Origin: a virus
DNA length: 64,000 bases
Strand: one strand, 5' to 3'
Virus record (IMG/VR): IMGVR_UViG_3300029190_000103
Below the pieces are notes generated by a model, which saw nothing but the letters and a program-made list of their open reading frames with translations, did no database searches and had not been told where the DNA came from. Below, one piece after another: positions 37,167 through 46,155 of this stretch. The stretch's first letter is position 1. Each line of letters begins with the position of its first letter. The position numbers and the translations under genes are program-made.

Positions 37167-37414
37167 TCTACAATTTCCCAGTCGGCATAATGCCCATTTC
37201 TTCCATAATCAATAGGATTTTCATTTAGATCTAGACCGTCATTCGTGCCAAACCAATTACGGACATATAATTTCTGTCCTGTTTCTGTGCCAATGATATA
37301 GATATTTTGTTCTGTAAAACATGCGTTCTTGTCTGCTAATTCCATTGCCTCGTCGATTGTGTCGGCATATAGATTGCCAGCACCTGTACCAAAATCTACC
37401 ATATATTTTTTCAT
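37163..37414 (-). CDS. hypothetical protein (83 aa)
   Basis: ORF. Confidence 0.4.
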   Translation of the reverse strand: MKKYMVDFGTGAGNLYADTIDEAMELADKNACFTEQNIYIIGTETGQKLYVRNWFGTNDGLDLNENPIDYGRNGHYADWEIVE

Positions 37415-37429
37415 ATTATTTACACCCTT

Positions 37430-37633
37430 TCATTTTTCAAATGTGATTTCTGTGATACGCCCAATTTCTCTTGTTTCATCTGTAAACTTAAGCGTTACAT
37501 ATTCCTTTAATTCTTTAATATACATTTCAACTTCATCTTCATCAAATGTAAAGTTTATATGTGCCCATTCGGGGAATAGTTGTTCTATGCTTTCGATAGT
37601 TACACGTTCATCATATGGGAAACATTTGTTCAT
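37430..37633 (-). CDS. hypothetical protein (67 aa)
   Basis: ORF. Confidence 0.35.
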   Translation of the reverse strand: MNKCFPYDERVTIESIEQLFPEWAHINFTFDEDEVEMYIKELKEYVTLKFTDETREIGRITEITFEK

Positions 37634-37736
37634 TAATTCCTTTGTGATAACCTCATTTATTTTGTTACGTTCTTTGATAAATTCGTTCTATATCTCGTCA
37701 ATTCTGTTTAGTTTAATCATTATTCTTCCTCGCTTT

Positions 37737-38132
37737 CTAATCCATATAATGAATTGTTACATTATTTGTTATCATATCTTTGATAAAGAAATAACCACTT
37801 TCCAATCCAGCACATTCCATATCAATGAATTTCCAACCATCAATTTCCTTGTTTGTGTTTAATTTTACAATTCCTTTTTGCAAGCATTCTTTCATCTCTG
37901 TTACTGTTTTCCACATGCCTTTCCCTGTTTTTACACATATAAACACGATTTCTTCAATGCTATAGTTATCAACATCAAGCTTGATAGTTTGCATTTCTTT
38001 ACCGTTTGATACTTGTATTTCATATTCTTTATTTCTATCCATTCTTAAAATGCTCTTAAAATCTTTCTGCCTGTCTTTTTTCCACGTAGCAGTCATTTTG
38101 ATTACCTCTTTTCTTGACATTATGCCAATCAA
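37737..38132 (-). CDS. hypothetical protein (131 aa)
   Basis: ORF. Confidence 0.4.
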   Translation of the reverse strand: MIGIMSRKEVIKMTATWKKDRQKDFKSILRMDRNKEYEIQVSNGKEMQTIKLDVDNYSIEEIVFICVKTGKGMWKTVTEMKECLQKGIVKLNTNKEIDGWKFIDMECAGLESGYFFIKDMITNNVTIHYMD

Positions 38133-38156
38133 AAGGTACCCGATTAAGGTACCTTG

Positions 38157-38372
38157 TTAATTAATTATTGCTGTTACATATACTATATCGTCTTTGTAAG
38201 TCGCTTCCATGCATGTAATATGTCGAGCAAGTGTACCAGCGATGACATCCTTAATCTGTATTGTATCGCCATGGACAAGTACATTACCTTGTGCATCCAT
38301 TACAACTAAACGACCATATATCATGCAATCTAATAGATTGTAAAGAGTAAGGTGTTGACGAAAACATTTCAC
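38157..38372 (-). CDS. hypothetical protein (71 aa), overlaps 38284-38643 by 89 nt
   Basis: ORF; the unusual overlap may mean an alternative start or a frameshift. Confidence 0.3.
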   Translation of the reverse strand: MKCFRQHLTLYNLLDCMIYGRLVVMDAQGNVLVHGDTIQIKDVIAGTLARHITCMEATYKDDIVYVTAIIN

Positions 38373-38643
38373 GATTTATGAAGTCAATAATAATATTGTT
38401 GATATAATAACACAATCCTTCTTCACTCTCACAATAATATACTTTCCCACCGTTAAAGTAATCATGTGTTATAGCAAACATTGATAATTGGTTGTATTCC
38501 AAATAATCAATTAACATAAAAGGATCAGTTGTATTTATTAGCTCAACGCATTCTAAATTACGTGTTACTGCCTCAATTTTGTGTACACCGTCTTTATAGT
38601 TGTATCGCACATCAACGTATTGCTCAAACTCTTGTTTTGTCAT
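38284..38643 (-). CDS. hypothetical protein (119 aa)
   Basis: ORF. Confidence 0.4.
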   Translation of the reverse strand: MTKQEFEQYVDVRYNYKDGVHKIEAVTRNLECVELINTTDPFMLIDYLEYNQLSMFAITHDYFNGGKVYYCESEEGLCYYINNIIIDFINREMFSSTPYSLQSIRLHDIWSFSCNGCTR

Positions 38644-38655
38644 TTTGTGTTATCC

Positions 38656-38928
38656 TCACTTTTTCTTATAAATGTTCGCCAACATTTCCTTTTTGTTCCA
38701 TGGTTCTAGCCCTAATTGTTGCCTAAACTCGTTTACATGGATAGCCGTTGTTTTAGACCAGTCTTTCCATAAATATCTAAACTCTTTTGTATTACGATTA
38801 TAACTAGCAACTAATGTTCCATAGCTGTACAAATAAATCCATTCAAATAGTGGATTATCATTGATTTCCGCTTTTCTGTAAAATGACTTTTGGCGTGTAT
38901 ATACTGGTTTTAATTCACTCGTAAGCAT
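38656..38928 (-). CDS. hypothetical protein (90 aa)
   Basis: ORF. Confidence 0.4.
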   Translation of the reverse strand: MLTSELKPVYTRQKSFYRKAEINDNPLFEWIYLYSYGTLVASYNRNTKEFRYLWKDWSKTTAIHVNEFRQQLGLEPWNKKEMLANIYKKK

Positions 38929-38946
38929 GTTAATTGCCTCACTTTC

Positions 38947-39327
38947 CTAAAAATCTTCATAATATTCCACAAGCCAGTCATAAACTTGTTCAGAACCACA
39001 TAAAGCCATTAATTTGTTGTAATTTTCTTTACATCCTACAAATGCTTTAAAACACTCAGATGCTTTTGTATAACCAAATGCGTCTTGAAACTCGTCAATA
39101 TCATCATTACATTGTTGCCAAGCCTCAGCATCAGATACAAGAGCACCTAAACAATTGCACAATGTAGGCTTTGAGTAACGAGGGTTACACTGATAATCGA
39201 ATGTGATTTTAACGCCTGTATCTTGTCTTGTTATAGTAACATTGTAACGTTTGTGTCTTGGTGTAAACGTGTTACTCTGGTCTAAACTTGTTTTGTATCT
39301 AAACCCTAAAACATCTAATAAATTCAT
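38947..39327 (-). CDS. hypothetical protein (126 aa)
   Basis: ORF. Confidence 0.4.
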   Translation of the reverse strand: MNLLDVLGFRYKTSLDQSNTFTPRHKRYNVTITRQDTGVKITFDYQCNPRYSKPTLCNCLGALVSDAEAWQQCNDDIDEFQDAFGYTKASECFKAFVGCKENYNKLMALCGSEQVYDWLVEYYEDF

Positions 39328-39329
39328 AA

Positions 39330-39515
39330 TTAGTTACCACCTTTCTCTATTAATTCTCTATGTTTTTCTAGTCTATAAAGACCACAACCATTTTCTCTAT
39401 ATTCTTTTAGTCTTTGCTTTGCTAGTTTAAGTGTGTATTCACTACATTCACATTCCCATTCAGTTCCATAGTTGCCCATGATATCCCAACGATCGATAGT
39501 TTTTCTTTTATACAT
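39330..39515 (-). CDS. hypothetical protein (61 aa)
   Basis: ORF. Confidence 0.35.
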   Translation of the reverse strand: MYKRKTIDRWDIMGNYGTEWECECSEYTLKLAKQRLKEYRENGCGLYRLEKHRELIEKGGN

Positions 39516-39573
39516 TTTATTTACCTTACCTTCCCATAATAAAGGGTGTACAATTTAATACACCCTAGTTTAG

Positions 39574-39783
39574 CTATTCTTCTACTTCTACTATTTCATC
39601 TTCTTCATCAATTACAACGGTAAAATCGCTTGGCGTAACATTTTCAACACCATTTTCATTATAATACTCAATCTTTCCCATGATGTTTTCTTGTGCAAAT
39701 TCTAACGCTTCATTTCTTGTTTCATATCCTTCATCAAAGGCTACCATGTTACCGTCTAACCATATTTCATATTTATATGTCAT
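39574..39783 (-). CDS. hypothetical acidic protein (69 aa)
   Basis: ORF. Confidence 0.4.
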   Translation of the reverse strand: MTYKYEIWLDGNMVAFDEGYETRNEALEFAQENIMGKIEYYNENGVENVTPSDFTVVIDEEDEIVEVEE

Positions 39784-40088
39784 AATGCATAACCTCTTAT
39801 CTTACTTTCCACAATAACAGCCATTCTATCCACATATTGCCATAAATCATAACGTGTATCAAAATCAATTAATTCTAGTTCATGAGCAAATTCTATTATT
39901 CCTTTTGTTTTTTGAATTCTATCATACATAAACCCTAAATTGTTATAATTTTTATAAGCGTAAAATAAAATTTCCAATCTTTCAAGAAATTTAATAACTT
40001 GCTCATTTCTAGTGTCAACGTCTACTACAAGTACAGCTTCTTTAAATTGATATTTCATAATGCTTACCTCGACTTTCTTATAACTCAT
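39780..40088 (-). CDS. hypothetical protein (102 aa)
   Basis: ORF. Confidence 0.4.
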   Translation of the reverse strand: MSYKKVEVSIMKYQFKEAVLVVDVDTRNEQVIKFLERLEILFYAYKNYNNLGFMYDRIQKTKGIIEFAHELELIDFDTRYDLWQYVDRMAVIVESKIRGYAL

Positions 40089-40350
40089 AATATCTTTCTT
40101 TATATGCCAGTAACTCGCTACAATAAAATCTACAATTTACATCTTCTGTTTCAAGTATTTCTCTTAATGATGACACTTCATCAGCACCAACAGCATCTTG
40201 AATTGCCTTGAACATCTCACTCACAATGATACAACCATCAGTATCCAACTTCATTCCATATTCATTTGTTTGTCCACTGTATTCTGTATCTGTTACGTCA
40301 TATTCATTGATTAATTCATTGATTGTCTGTTCTACTTGTTCAAATGTCAT
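40078..40350 (-). CDS. hypothetical acidic protein (90 aa), first gene of the leftward array
   Basis: ORF next to the control region. Confidence 0.4.
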   Translation of the reverse strand: MTFEQVEQTINELINEYDVTDTEYSGQTNEYGMKLDTDGCIIVSEMFKAIQDAVGADEVSSLREILETEDVNCRFYCSELLAYKERYYEL

Positions 40351-40443
40351 GTTCTTTTCCTCAACTTTCGTTGTAATTCAAAGGGCAGACCATTCAGCCT
40401 ACCCTGTTAACCATTCATAATTTACATGAGATATCAACCTCAC

Positions 40444-40460
40444 GCCCTAAAATTAGGGAA
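40444..40460. promoter_or_regulatory. palindromic candidate operator
   Basis: GCCCTAAAATTAGGGAA (CCCTAA/TTAGGG inverted repeat) in the divergent control region. Confidence 0.35.
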
Positions 40461-40464
40461 TTTA

Positions 40465-40518
40465 TTGCAATGTTGCCCCTTTGATAGCTTGCAACATTTC
40501 GTTTGTTTGTGGTATACT
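40465..40518 (+). promoter_or_regulatory. strong sigma-70-like promoter (rightward) overlapping an 8 bp inverted repeat
   Basis: -35 TTGCAA (40489-94), 18 nt spacer, TGGTATACT extended -10 (40510-18); inverted repeat AATGTTGC (40469-76) / GCAACATT (40491-98); a second TTGCAA at 40465-70 could serve a leftward promoter. Confidence 0.55.
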
Positions 40519-40519
40519 A

Positions 40520-41040
40520 TCCTCGTACAGATAGTACACTTTGCAACCTTAGGAACAGTTAGTTCGGTTCCCTCTTAGCCATGTGCCTTTTCAAGTAATT
40601 TCATGGGTAAGCGGGTTGGTCTACACTCGCCACAACGTGTTCATTGCATGGCATACAGCCAAGCTAATACGTTTCTTTACGCTCCCCTTACGGTGTTGCT
40701 GTAAGCTTTGCGTATAACGTTTATGTAGGTCTTAGGGAACCTATCACACATCAAACTAGACAAAGTTAGTTTAGTGTTCCATAGTCTAATTGTCAAAGAG
40801 CTAGAATATTTGTATTCTCACGCTCATACGGCGATTTATCTTTATATGTCTTTAGGAAGATAAATAAACCTGTTGTCTATCTGTGCTAATTAAATTCATT
40901 TTGTCATAACGGCTAGGGTTACACAAGTAACTTTGTCAGGGTTTGTATTGTGTTGCCCTTGTCCTTTGACACCTATACTATAAACCTATTGTTGTTATGT
41001 GTCAACTTATTTTTGATATTTTTTTAAATTTTTTTCTATA
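40520..41040 (+). ncRNA. candidate promoter-driven non-coding RNA or long structured leader (about 500 nt, about 42% GC)
   Basis: No ORF on either strand; GC content well above the window average; several local hairpins (GGAAC...GTTCC, CTTAC...GTAAG); ends in T-rich tracts before the HTH gene. Confidence 0.25.
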
Positions 41041-41098
41041 AATTTTGAAACCTCAAATTCTCTTTCTATATATGGGAATACAAAAAGGATGTGAAAAC

Positions 41099-41362
41099 AT
41101 GGTAAGCAATAAGGTAAAAGCCTTTTTACAAATGCATGATTACAATATAAAAGACCTTTTATCATGGTTAGGTACTACACGTCAAAACTACAATAAAAAG
41201 GTTGATATAGGTAATATAACAATCCGTGAGTTACTAGTTATTGCTAACAAGTGCGATTGTGATATTGCTTTCGTTAGTCGTTCTAGTGGTCGCAATCTCA
41301 TGAGTTTTAACAAATATGATTTAGACGAGATAAACAACAAACGTCATGGCGTAGATAAATAG
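41099..41362 (+). CDS. Cro/CI (XRE)-type HTH regulator (87 aa from ATG 41099)
   Basis: IKDLLSWLGTTRQNYNKKV...ITIRELLVIANKCDCDIAF helix-turn-helix; RBS AAGGA; the track ORF starts earlier at 41045. Confidence 0.5.
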   Translation: MVSNKVKAFLQMHDYNIKDLLSWLGTTRQNYNKKVDIGNITIRELLVIANKCDCDIAFVSRSSGRNLMSFNKYDLDEINNKRHGVDK

Positions 41363-41374
41363 CAACACTCATAT

Positions 41375-41419
41375 GTACCAGTTACCTGTCGGGAACACTC
41401 GCAACTGGTACTATTTTTA
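41375..41419 (+). terminator. intrinsic terminator after the HTH gene
   Basis: GTACCAGTT (41375-83) pairs with AACTGGTAC (41403-11), followed by TATTTTTA. Confidence 0.55.
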
Positions 41420-41439
41420 TGGATCAGTCGACCTACTAT

Positions 41440-41700
41440 ATATGATATTATGTATGCTTACGATTATATAGGTTTATTTGTGTGATATTATGTGATTATA
41501 TGATAGATATAGATATAAGGCATGATATGACATAAGATATACTTATTAAGTATGATGAGTGAGAATGGGATGAAGTAACGCGGAATAGGTATGTAGTATG
41601 AGATACTAGATGATATAGAGTGTGATACTATATTATGAGATGTTCGATGTTAGGACTATATCTAATTAGTATGTTCGATGACAATCGAATGGACTTGGTT
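41440..41700. repeat. iteron-like cluster of short direct repeats (candidate replication origin or packaging site)
   Basis: TGATATTATGT x2 (41442, 41482), GATATA x4, TATGAGAT x2, TATGTTCGATG x2 (41640, 41668); very AT-rich; no ORF. Confidence 0.45.
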
Positions 41701-41716
41701 CCAATGTGAAGTAAAC

Positions 41717-41741
41717 TTCACAACTATATATACGTGTAAGA
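41717..41741 (+). promoter_or_regulatory. third copy of the late-motif core (TCACAACTATATATACGTGTAAGAT) after a hairpin
   Basis: Matches TCAACTATATATGTGAGAGG (46507) and TCAACTATATATATGTAAGAT (51893); preceded by hairpin GTGAAGT-AAA-CTTCAC. Confidence 0.35.
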
Positions 41742-42079
41742 TATATATTACATGCATAGATAATTAACAAATAAACCATGAATAGCAGATAATCAACTGG
41801 TACGATACTACCATATAGATAATATTGATTATGTAAATCGATTATATAGTTAGGTGGGGGTGGTTTACTACTCAAAGTTATGAAAAAGTCTTGAAAATCG
41901 CCCCACCTAGTCAGCTCTAGCAATACCCCAATATTCAAAATATGCCTATTTAATAGGCTTTTTTAATGCTCATTCATATCCCTTGACACCCCCTACCTTT
42001 ATTTTCCAACACACCATTTCAATTACCTAAAAACCCTTTCTCAAAAAAAATTCTGGGACTATTTTGTAAAGTGTAAAGT

Positions 42080-42290
42080 GGTTAAAATTGCCTATTTTTG
42101 CCCTAATTTTGCCCTGTTTTTCTACCCTATTTTTGCACCATAAACATCCAGTTTTGTATACCAAAATCACATGTTTTACAGATGTTGTTTTTACATGTTT
42201 TTTACCGTTGTTACACCGTTGTTGTTTATGTAGTAAAATAGATGTTCCACATGTTCATTTACCTATTCAACGTTACTAAATAATATTCTG
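42080..42290. repeat. phased T-tract/short direct-repeat region (bent-DNA-like)
   Basis: TTGCCTATTTTTGCCCTAATTTTGCCCTGTTTTTCTACCCTATTTTTG (GCCYTATTTT units at about 11 bp phase), then ACATGTTTT x2 and CCGTTGTT x2. Confidence 0.4.
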
Positions 42291-42599
42291 GTATCTATCC
42301 ACACATATTGTTAGTTATGTCTAATATGTAAAGTGTACTTGTCAATTATATTTAGCTTCGCACAGTGAATAGATTAACTGGTATGCTTCCCTCTTACCTC
42401 TCACAATTACCTATCCATTTCCATTTGTACCATTCACACACTCGTAAAATCAATTCTAAGGCACCATACGTTCGTTCTGAGCGACTTTAGCATTTGAAAC
42501 GAGTATTAATTTGGGGTAAACCTTAAAACGTCTTAAATCAAGCGTATTAGCCCTTTTACGGTATATCTATCTCTTTTGAGGTATACAACACCCCTTTTA

Positions 42600-42900
42600 A
42601 GGTATCATACGCGCTGTCTGAGAGGTTTTACAGGTTAACACGAATATCAATTAGGGTATACCCATTAAAACGCTCAGAATGACCTCTAACAAGCTTATAT
42701 GGGCATTGGCACGAATATCAATACACGACATGGAACCTTTTGGGTTAGGTTTAGGGTTAACAGGTATGGTTTACAGGTATTATATTTAACATTAACCATT
42801 AATAGGATTATATAATCAATCATTGTTAACCCAACATATGTTGGATGAGTGAAACGAATACAACAAATGTCATGAATGAGTGAAACGAATGAATGTCATT
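42600..42900. repeat. dispersed direct repeats (candidate integrase arm-type or other protein-binding sites)
   Basis: CACGAATATCAAT x2 (about 42640 and 42708), GAGTGAAACGAAT x2 (about 42849 and 42879), GGTATAyc-like units, CAGGTATGGTTTACAGGTATTAT. Confidence 0.4.
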
Positions 42901-43261
42901 ACAAATCCCATTTGCTTTATTGGTTTATGTGTTAGGTCTTGTGATCAGGAATACAATAACAGGATTGAACGTTCGACATTGTGTAGAACCCTATTACCAT
43001 TCGCCTTCAATGGCGAGTCACAGGTATATGAGTTTTAGCCATCAATGGCGAATACTATCATTCGTCTTGTATGACGATTGATATTTGCCCATCAAACCTT
43101 CATGATCACATAGGTTAACAGGTTCATATTCTTGTGTAATAGGGTTCTTTTACATGACTTGACTGATAATTTAGTATGAATGAAATAGTATTTATGAATG
43201 TAATGAATAAATACTATGTAATGAATACTAAATACTAACTTCTAATTAACTCCTAAAAGAG

Positions 43262-43300
43262 AGAGAAAATATATATACTACGTATATATACAAAAGAGAG
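43262..43300. repeat. near-perfect AT-rich palindrome flanked by GAGAG repeats
   Basis: GAGAGAAAATATATATAC-TAC-GTATATATACAAAAGAGAG; 9 bp arms TATATATAC/GTATATATA. Confidence 0.5.
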
Positions 43301-43391
43301 ATGAAAAGGGTTCTAATAAGGTTTCTTATGTACGTACATATTTAATTATTTAGACATAAAAAAGATGCCCATTTCTGGACACCCAATCTTG

Positions 43392-44537
43392 TTATTTTTG
43401 AATTGAGGTAACTATACCATTATCAAGATAAACATATCTTCCATCACCATAAACCCATTGTTCGCTTGTACCATATTTATTTTCTGTGGTGTTAACTTTC
43501 TTTGGGCTACCCCATTTAGTAGCTTTAACTTGTGCAGCTGTCATCCCAATTTTTGGTTCATTAGGTTTTGATTCATATTCCTTGCGATTTTCTTCAAATT
43601 TTTTGTGTGATTGATATCTGCTGTCTTTTTCACGTTCAGACTGTACTTTGTCATATGGAACAAACTTTGGCATATACTCTGGTGAAACTTTGTGTAGATT
43701 ATACATCTTTTCCCATTTTTCTTTTGATCCAACTATTTCTATTCCTTTCGTTTGTATGATATCTGCACACGCCATATTGTAATTTGGTGGTATTTCTTCT
43801 ATTTTTGAAACAGCATCAACACTTAAATTTCCTTCAATGTCATAAGTTTCTAAAAATTTTTCTAAGTAATAAACTTCTTCAAAGTCTTTTGAGTGAATAT
43901 AATATGAAGTTTTATAATTGAATGAGTCATTATAAGCCTCCTCTAAAACGCAATTGTTTGTATTAAAGTACGCATAACGAGTAGCATTATAATATTTTTC
44001 ACCTTTTTTTATTCCACTGATTAAATAGTCTTGATAAAGTTCGATATCTCTAAGTAAAAATTTTCTCTTTAGCTCACCAAGGTTGTCAATGTTTTCTAAT
44101 TGTAGTAATTTTTGATATTTTTCATATAGTTCTTTGCGGTCTGTAATTTTGTTTATATTCAAGCTTTTCAAAAAATCATTTTTTTCATTCTCACTATTTT
44201 TCTCGTCAATTTTTGTTTTATACAAAACATAATCTGTCTTCGTCATAGCTTCTGGATTTACAGATTTATTATTCTGAAACCATTTTAAATTATTCTTACT
44301 GCCTTCCACTCTAATATCCTGTGAATCAAAATTAACAATACCATCATTTTGTATAAAACCAATTGAATCCTCTTTGTCTTGTAAAACAAACGCCTCATCA
44401 TTTTCTACAAAAATTATTTTCCCATCAGGGAATTTCCAATACCCTTCTAAATCTTCTATGGTGATTCCTTTACTTCCACACCCAACTATCCCAAAGCAAA
44501 GCAGTCCGCATAGTAAAAATGCAAAAACCTTTTTCAT
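43392..44537 (-). CDS. predicted lipoprotein (381 aa), moron-like gene beside the integrase
   Basis: N-terminal MKKVFAFLLCGLLCFGIVGCGSKG: signal peptide with lipobox IVGC; no catalytic motif. Confidence 0.55.
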   Translation of the reverse strand: MKKVFAFLLCGLLCFGIVGCGSKGITIEDLEGYWKFPDGKIIFVENDEAFVLQDKEDSIGFIQNDGIVNFDSQDIRVEGSKNNLKWFQNNKSVNPEAMTKTDYVLYKTKIDEKNSENEKNDFLKSLNINKITDRKELYEKYQKLLQLENIDNLGELKRKFLLRDIELYQDYLISGIKKGEKYYNATRYAYFNTNNCVLEEAYNDSFNYKTSYYIHSKDFEEVYYLEKFLETYDIEGNLSVDAVSKIEEIPPNYNMACADIIQTKGIEIVGSKEKWEKMYNLHKVSPEYMPKFVPYDKVQSEREKDSRYQSHKKFEENRKEYESKPNEPKIGMTAAQVKATKWGSPKKVNTTENKYGTSEQWVYGDGRYVYLDNGIVTSIQK

Positions 44538-44612
44538 TTTTTATTTCTCCCTTCATGCTATACAAAATAATAACACTTATGTCACAAAAAGAAAAGCCCT
44601 TACAAGAGAGCC

Positions 44613-45587
44613 TTACTTTACAAACATATTATACATAATTTTGTCCATATTACATTTTGCTATTTTTGAAGCATGAACGTATCTCATTGTGGTAGATCTA
44701 CTGGCATGCCCCATCAACTTTTGCAGTGTATCTTCATCAGCACCATTCTCAATCATTGCTGTAGCAAACGTGTGTCGCAATGTATGAGGATGAATCGTTT
44801 CGTAATCAAGTCCAGCTTTGATGGCCGCATTCTTGACGATTGTATTGATTGTACCCACAGATATTTTTTTACCCTTACTGTCTGGTTGTGTCGTGTGTGA
44901 TACAAACATATACTCGTTTTTATCTTTCCACGTTAGATTTCTTTTTTCAAGATATTCCGTAAGTTGTACGTACAAGTCTTTGTGAATTATTTCAATACGA
45001 ACCTTGTCTCCTTTTCCCTTTGGTTGGATTACATATGACTCATCACTCTTGAAAATATCCCCAACTTTTAAATCTGTTATCTCAGCACGTCGCATTCCTG
45101 TAGTTAGCATTAGAGTGACAATGATCGTGTTACGGAAACCAGCGATACCTTTTGACATTCCAGCACCTTGTATCAGCCTTCTGCCTTCCTCGATGGATAA
45201 TGCCCTATCCTGACTAAATTCTGATATTGCATTCTTGTATCTGTAACATCCTTCGTCTGTTGATATTGGATTATAGTCCATGACACCAACTGATTTACGT
45301 GACAAGAACTTGTAAAAACTGTTTAGGGCAGCAAGCTTTGCATTTACTGTAGCACGCTTCATTCCCTTTTTAATTTGTTCTGAACTCCAATCGTTGACAA
45401 TTTCAGGTGTTACGCTTCTGATATCTTCCAGCGTAATGTCTTTACTGCTTTTCTTGTTGAAGAACTGCAAGATTGAGCGTGCATAACTATCTTTGGTTTT
45501 ATCTGAAAGATTGTTTGTGTACATGTCTGCATAATTAATTTCGTTAGCTTTTCCTACTTGTGTATCGTTTAACATTATCTGTTTCAT
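44613..45587 (-). CDS. int: tyrosine recombinase / phage integrase (XerC/D family)
   Basis: C-terminal HTLRHTFATAMIENGADEDTLQKLMGHASRSTTMRYVH (R..H..Y catalytic box); N-terminal SAM-like core-binding domain. Confidence 0.8.
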   Translation of the reverse strand: MKQIMLNDTQVGKANEINYADMYTNNLSDKTKDSYARSILQFFNKKSSKDITLEDIRSVTPEIVNDWSSEQIKKGMKRATVNAKLAALNSFYKFLSRKSVGVMDYNPISTDEGCYRYKNAISEFSQDRALSIEEGRRLIQGAGMSKGIAGFRNTIIVTLMLTTGMRRAEITDLKVGDIFKSDESYVIQPKGKGDKVRIEIIHKDLYVQLTEYLEKRNLTWKDKNEYMFVSHTTQPDSKGKKISVGTINTIVKNAAIKAGLDYETIHPHTLRHTFATAMIENGADEDTLQKLMGHASRSTTMRYVHASKIAKCNMDKIMYNMFVK

Positions 45588-45765
45588 AAGTTTATATCTC
45601 CTTTATTTACATCTTTATTATACCACACAGTCTACATAATATCTATATCCCCATAGTAATTTAAAAAGGTTTCACAGTTTTCATAAAAATACTTTCCCAT
45701 ATTCGAGAAACAGGGTTTATAATACAGGTATACAAAGAAAAGCCCATCAAATTAAAAGGAGGTAA

Positions 45766-46155
45766 ATGGTAGAAAAAGTTATTTTTACAACAGCACAGTC
45801 TTACAACAATAGCCCTTTAGACGAACTGTTAGCAAACACACCAATCGAAAAGATTGATCTAGCGAAAATGAAATTATTTTTGAATTTATACACAACAAAG
45901 GTAAAAACGGACAGGAGATTTATGTATTCCCTTGAAGCTGATCTGATTGATTATGTTACTGTAGCCCTCAGTAATGTTGACATCACATCACGTGACAGAG
46001 AGATTTTAGATTTTTATTTGTGCGGATACACCGAGAAAGAGATTAGCAGAATTTTAAAAGTTAGTATAAACACAGTAAACAAACACCTTAAATCAAGTAC
46101 AAGAAAAATTATCGAGCAATTGTACAGTGAAGTAGGCGTGGAGGTCAAACATTGA
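45766..46155 (+). CDS. ArpU-family / sigma-70 region-4-like phage late transcription regulator
   Basis: DREILDFYLCGYTEKEISRILKVSINTVNKHLK region-4-like HTH; about 130 aa; sits just upstream of the packaging genes. Confidence 0.55.
   Translation: MVEKVIFTTAQSYNNSPLDELLANTPIEKIDLAKMKLFLNLYTTKVKTDRRFMYSLEADLIDYVTVALSNVDITSRDREILDFYLCGYTEKEISRILKVSINTVNKHLKSSTRKIIEQLYSEVGVEVKH

Noticed and set aside
37329-37862. 177 aa plus-strand ORF antisense to several minus-strand genes
   Set aside because: Low-complexity Ser/Ile/Phe-rich translation. It overlaps three well-formed minus-strand ORFs and has no RBS. It is an antisense shadow.
40545-40600. tRNA-like element (GGAAC...GTTCC hairpin followed by CTCTTAG-CCA)
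   Set aside because: The T-arm-like hairpin has a 10 nt loop, not the canonical 7 nt T-loop. No matching acceptor 5-prime strand or D/anticodon arms could be found. Not called as a tRNA.
41666-41938. 90 aa minus-strand ORF in the central repeat region
   Set aside because: It sits in the AT-rich iteron-like DNA, has no RBS and a low-complexity product. Most likely non-coding.
41983-41988. TTGACA hexamer as a rightward promoter in the central region
   Set aside because: No acceptable -10 element at 16-19 nt spacing downstream.
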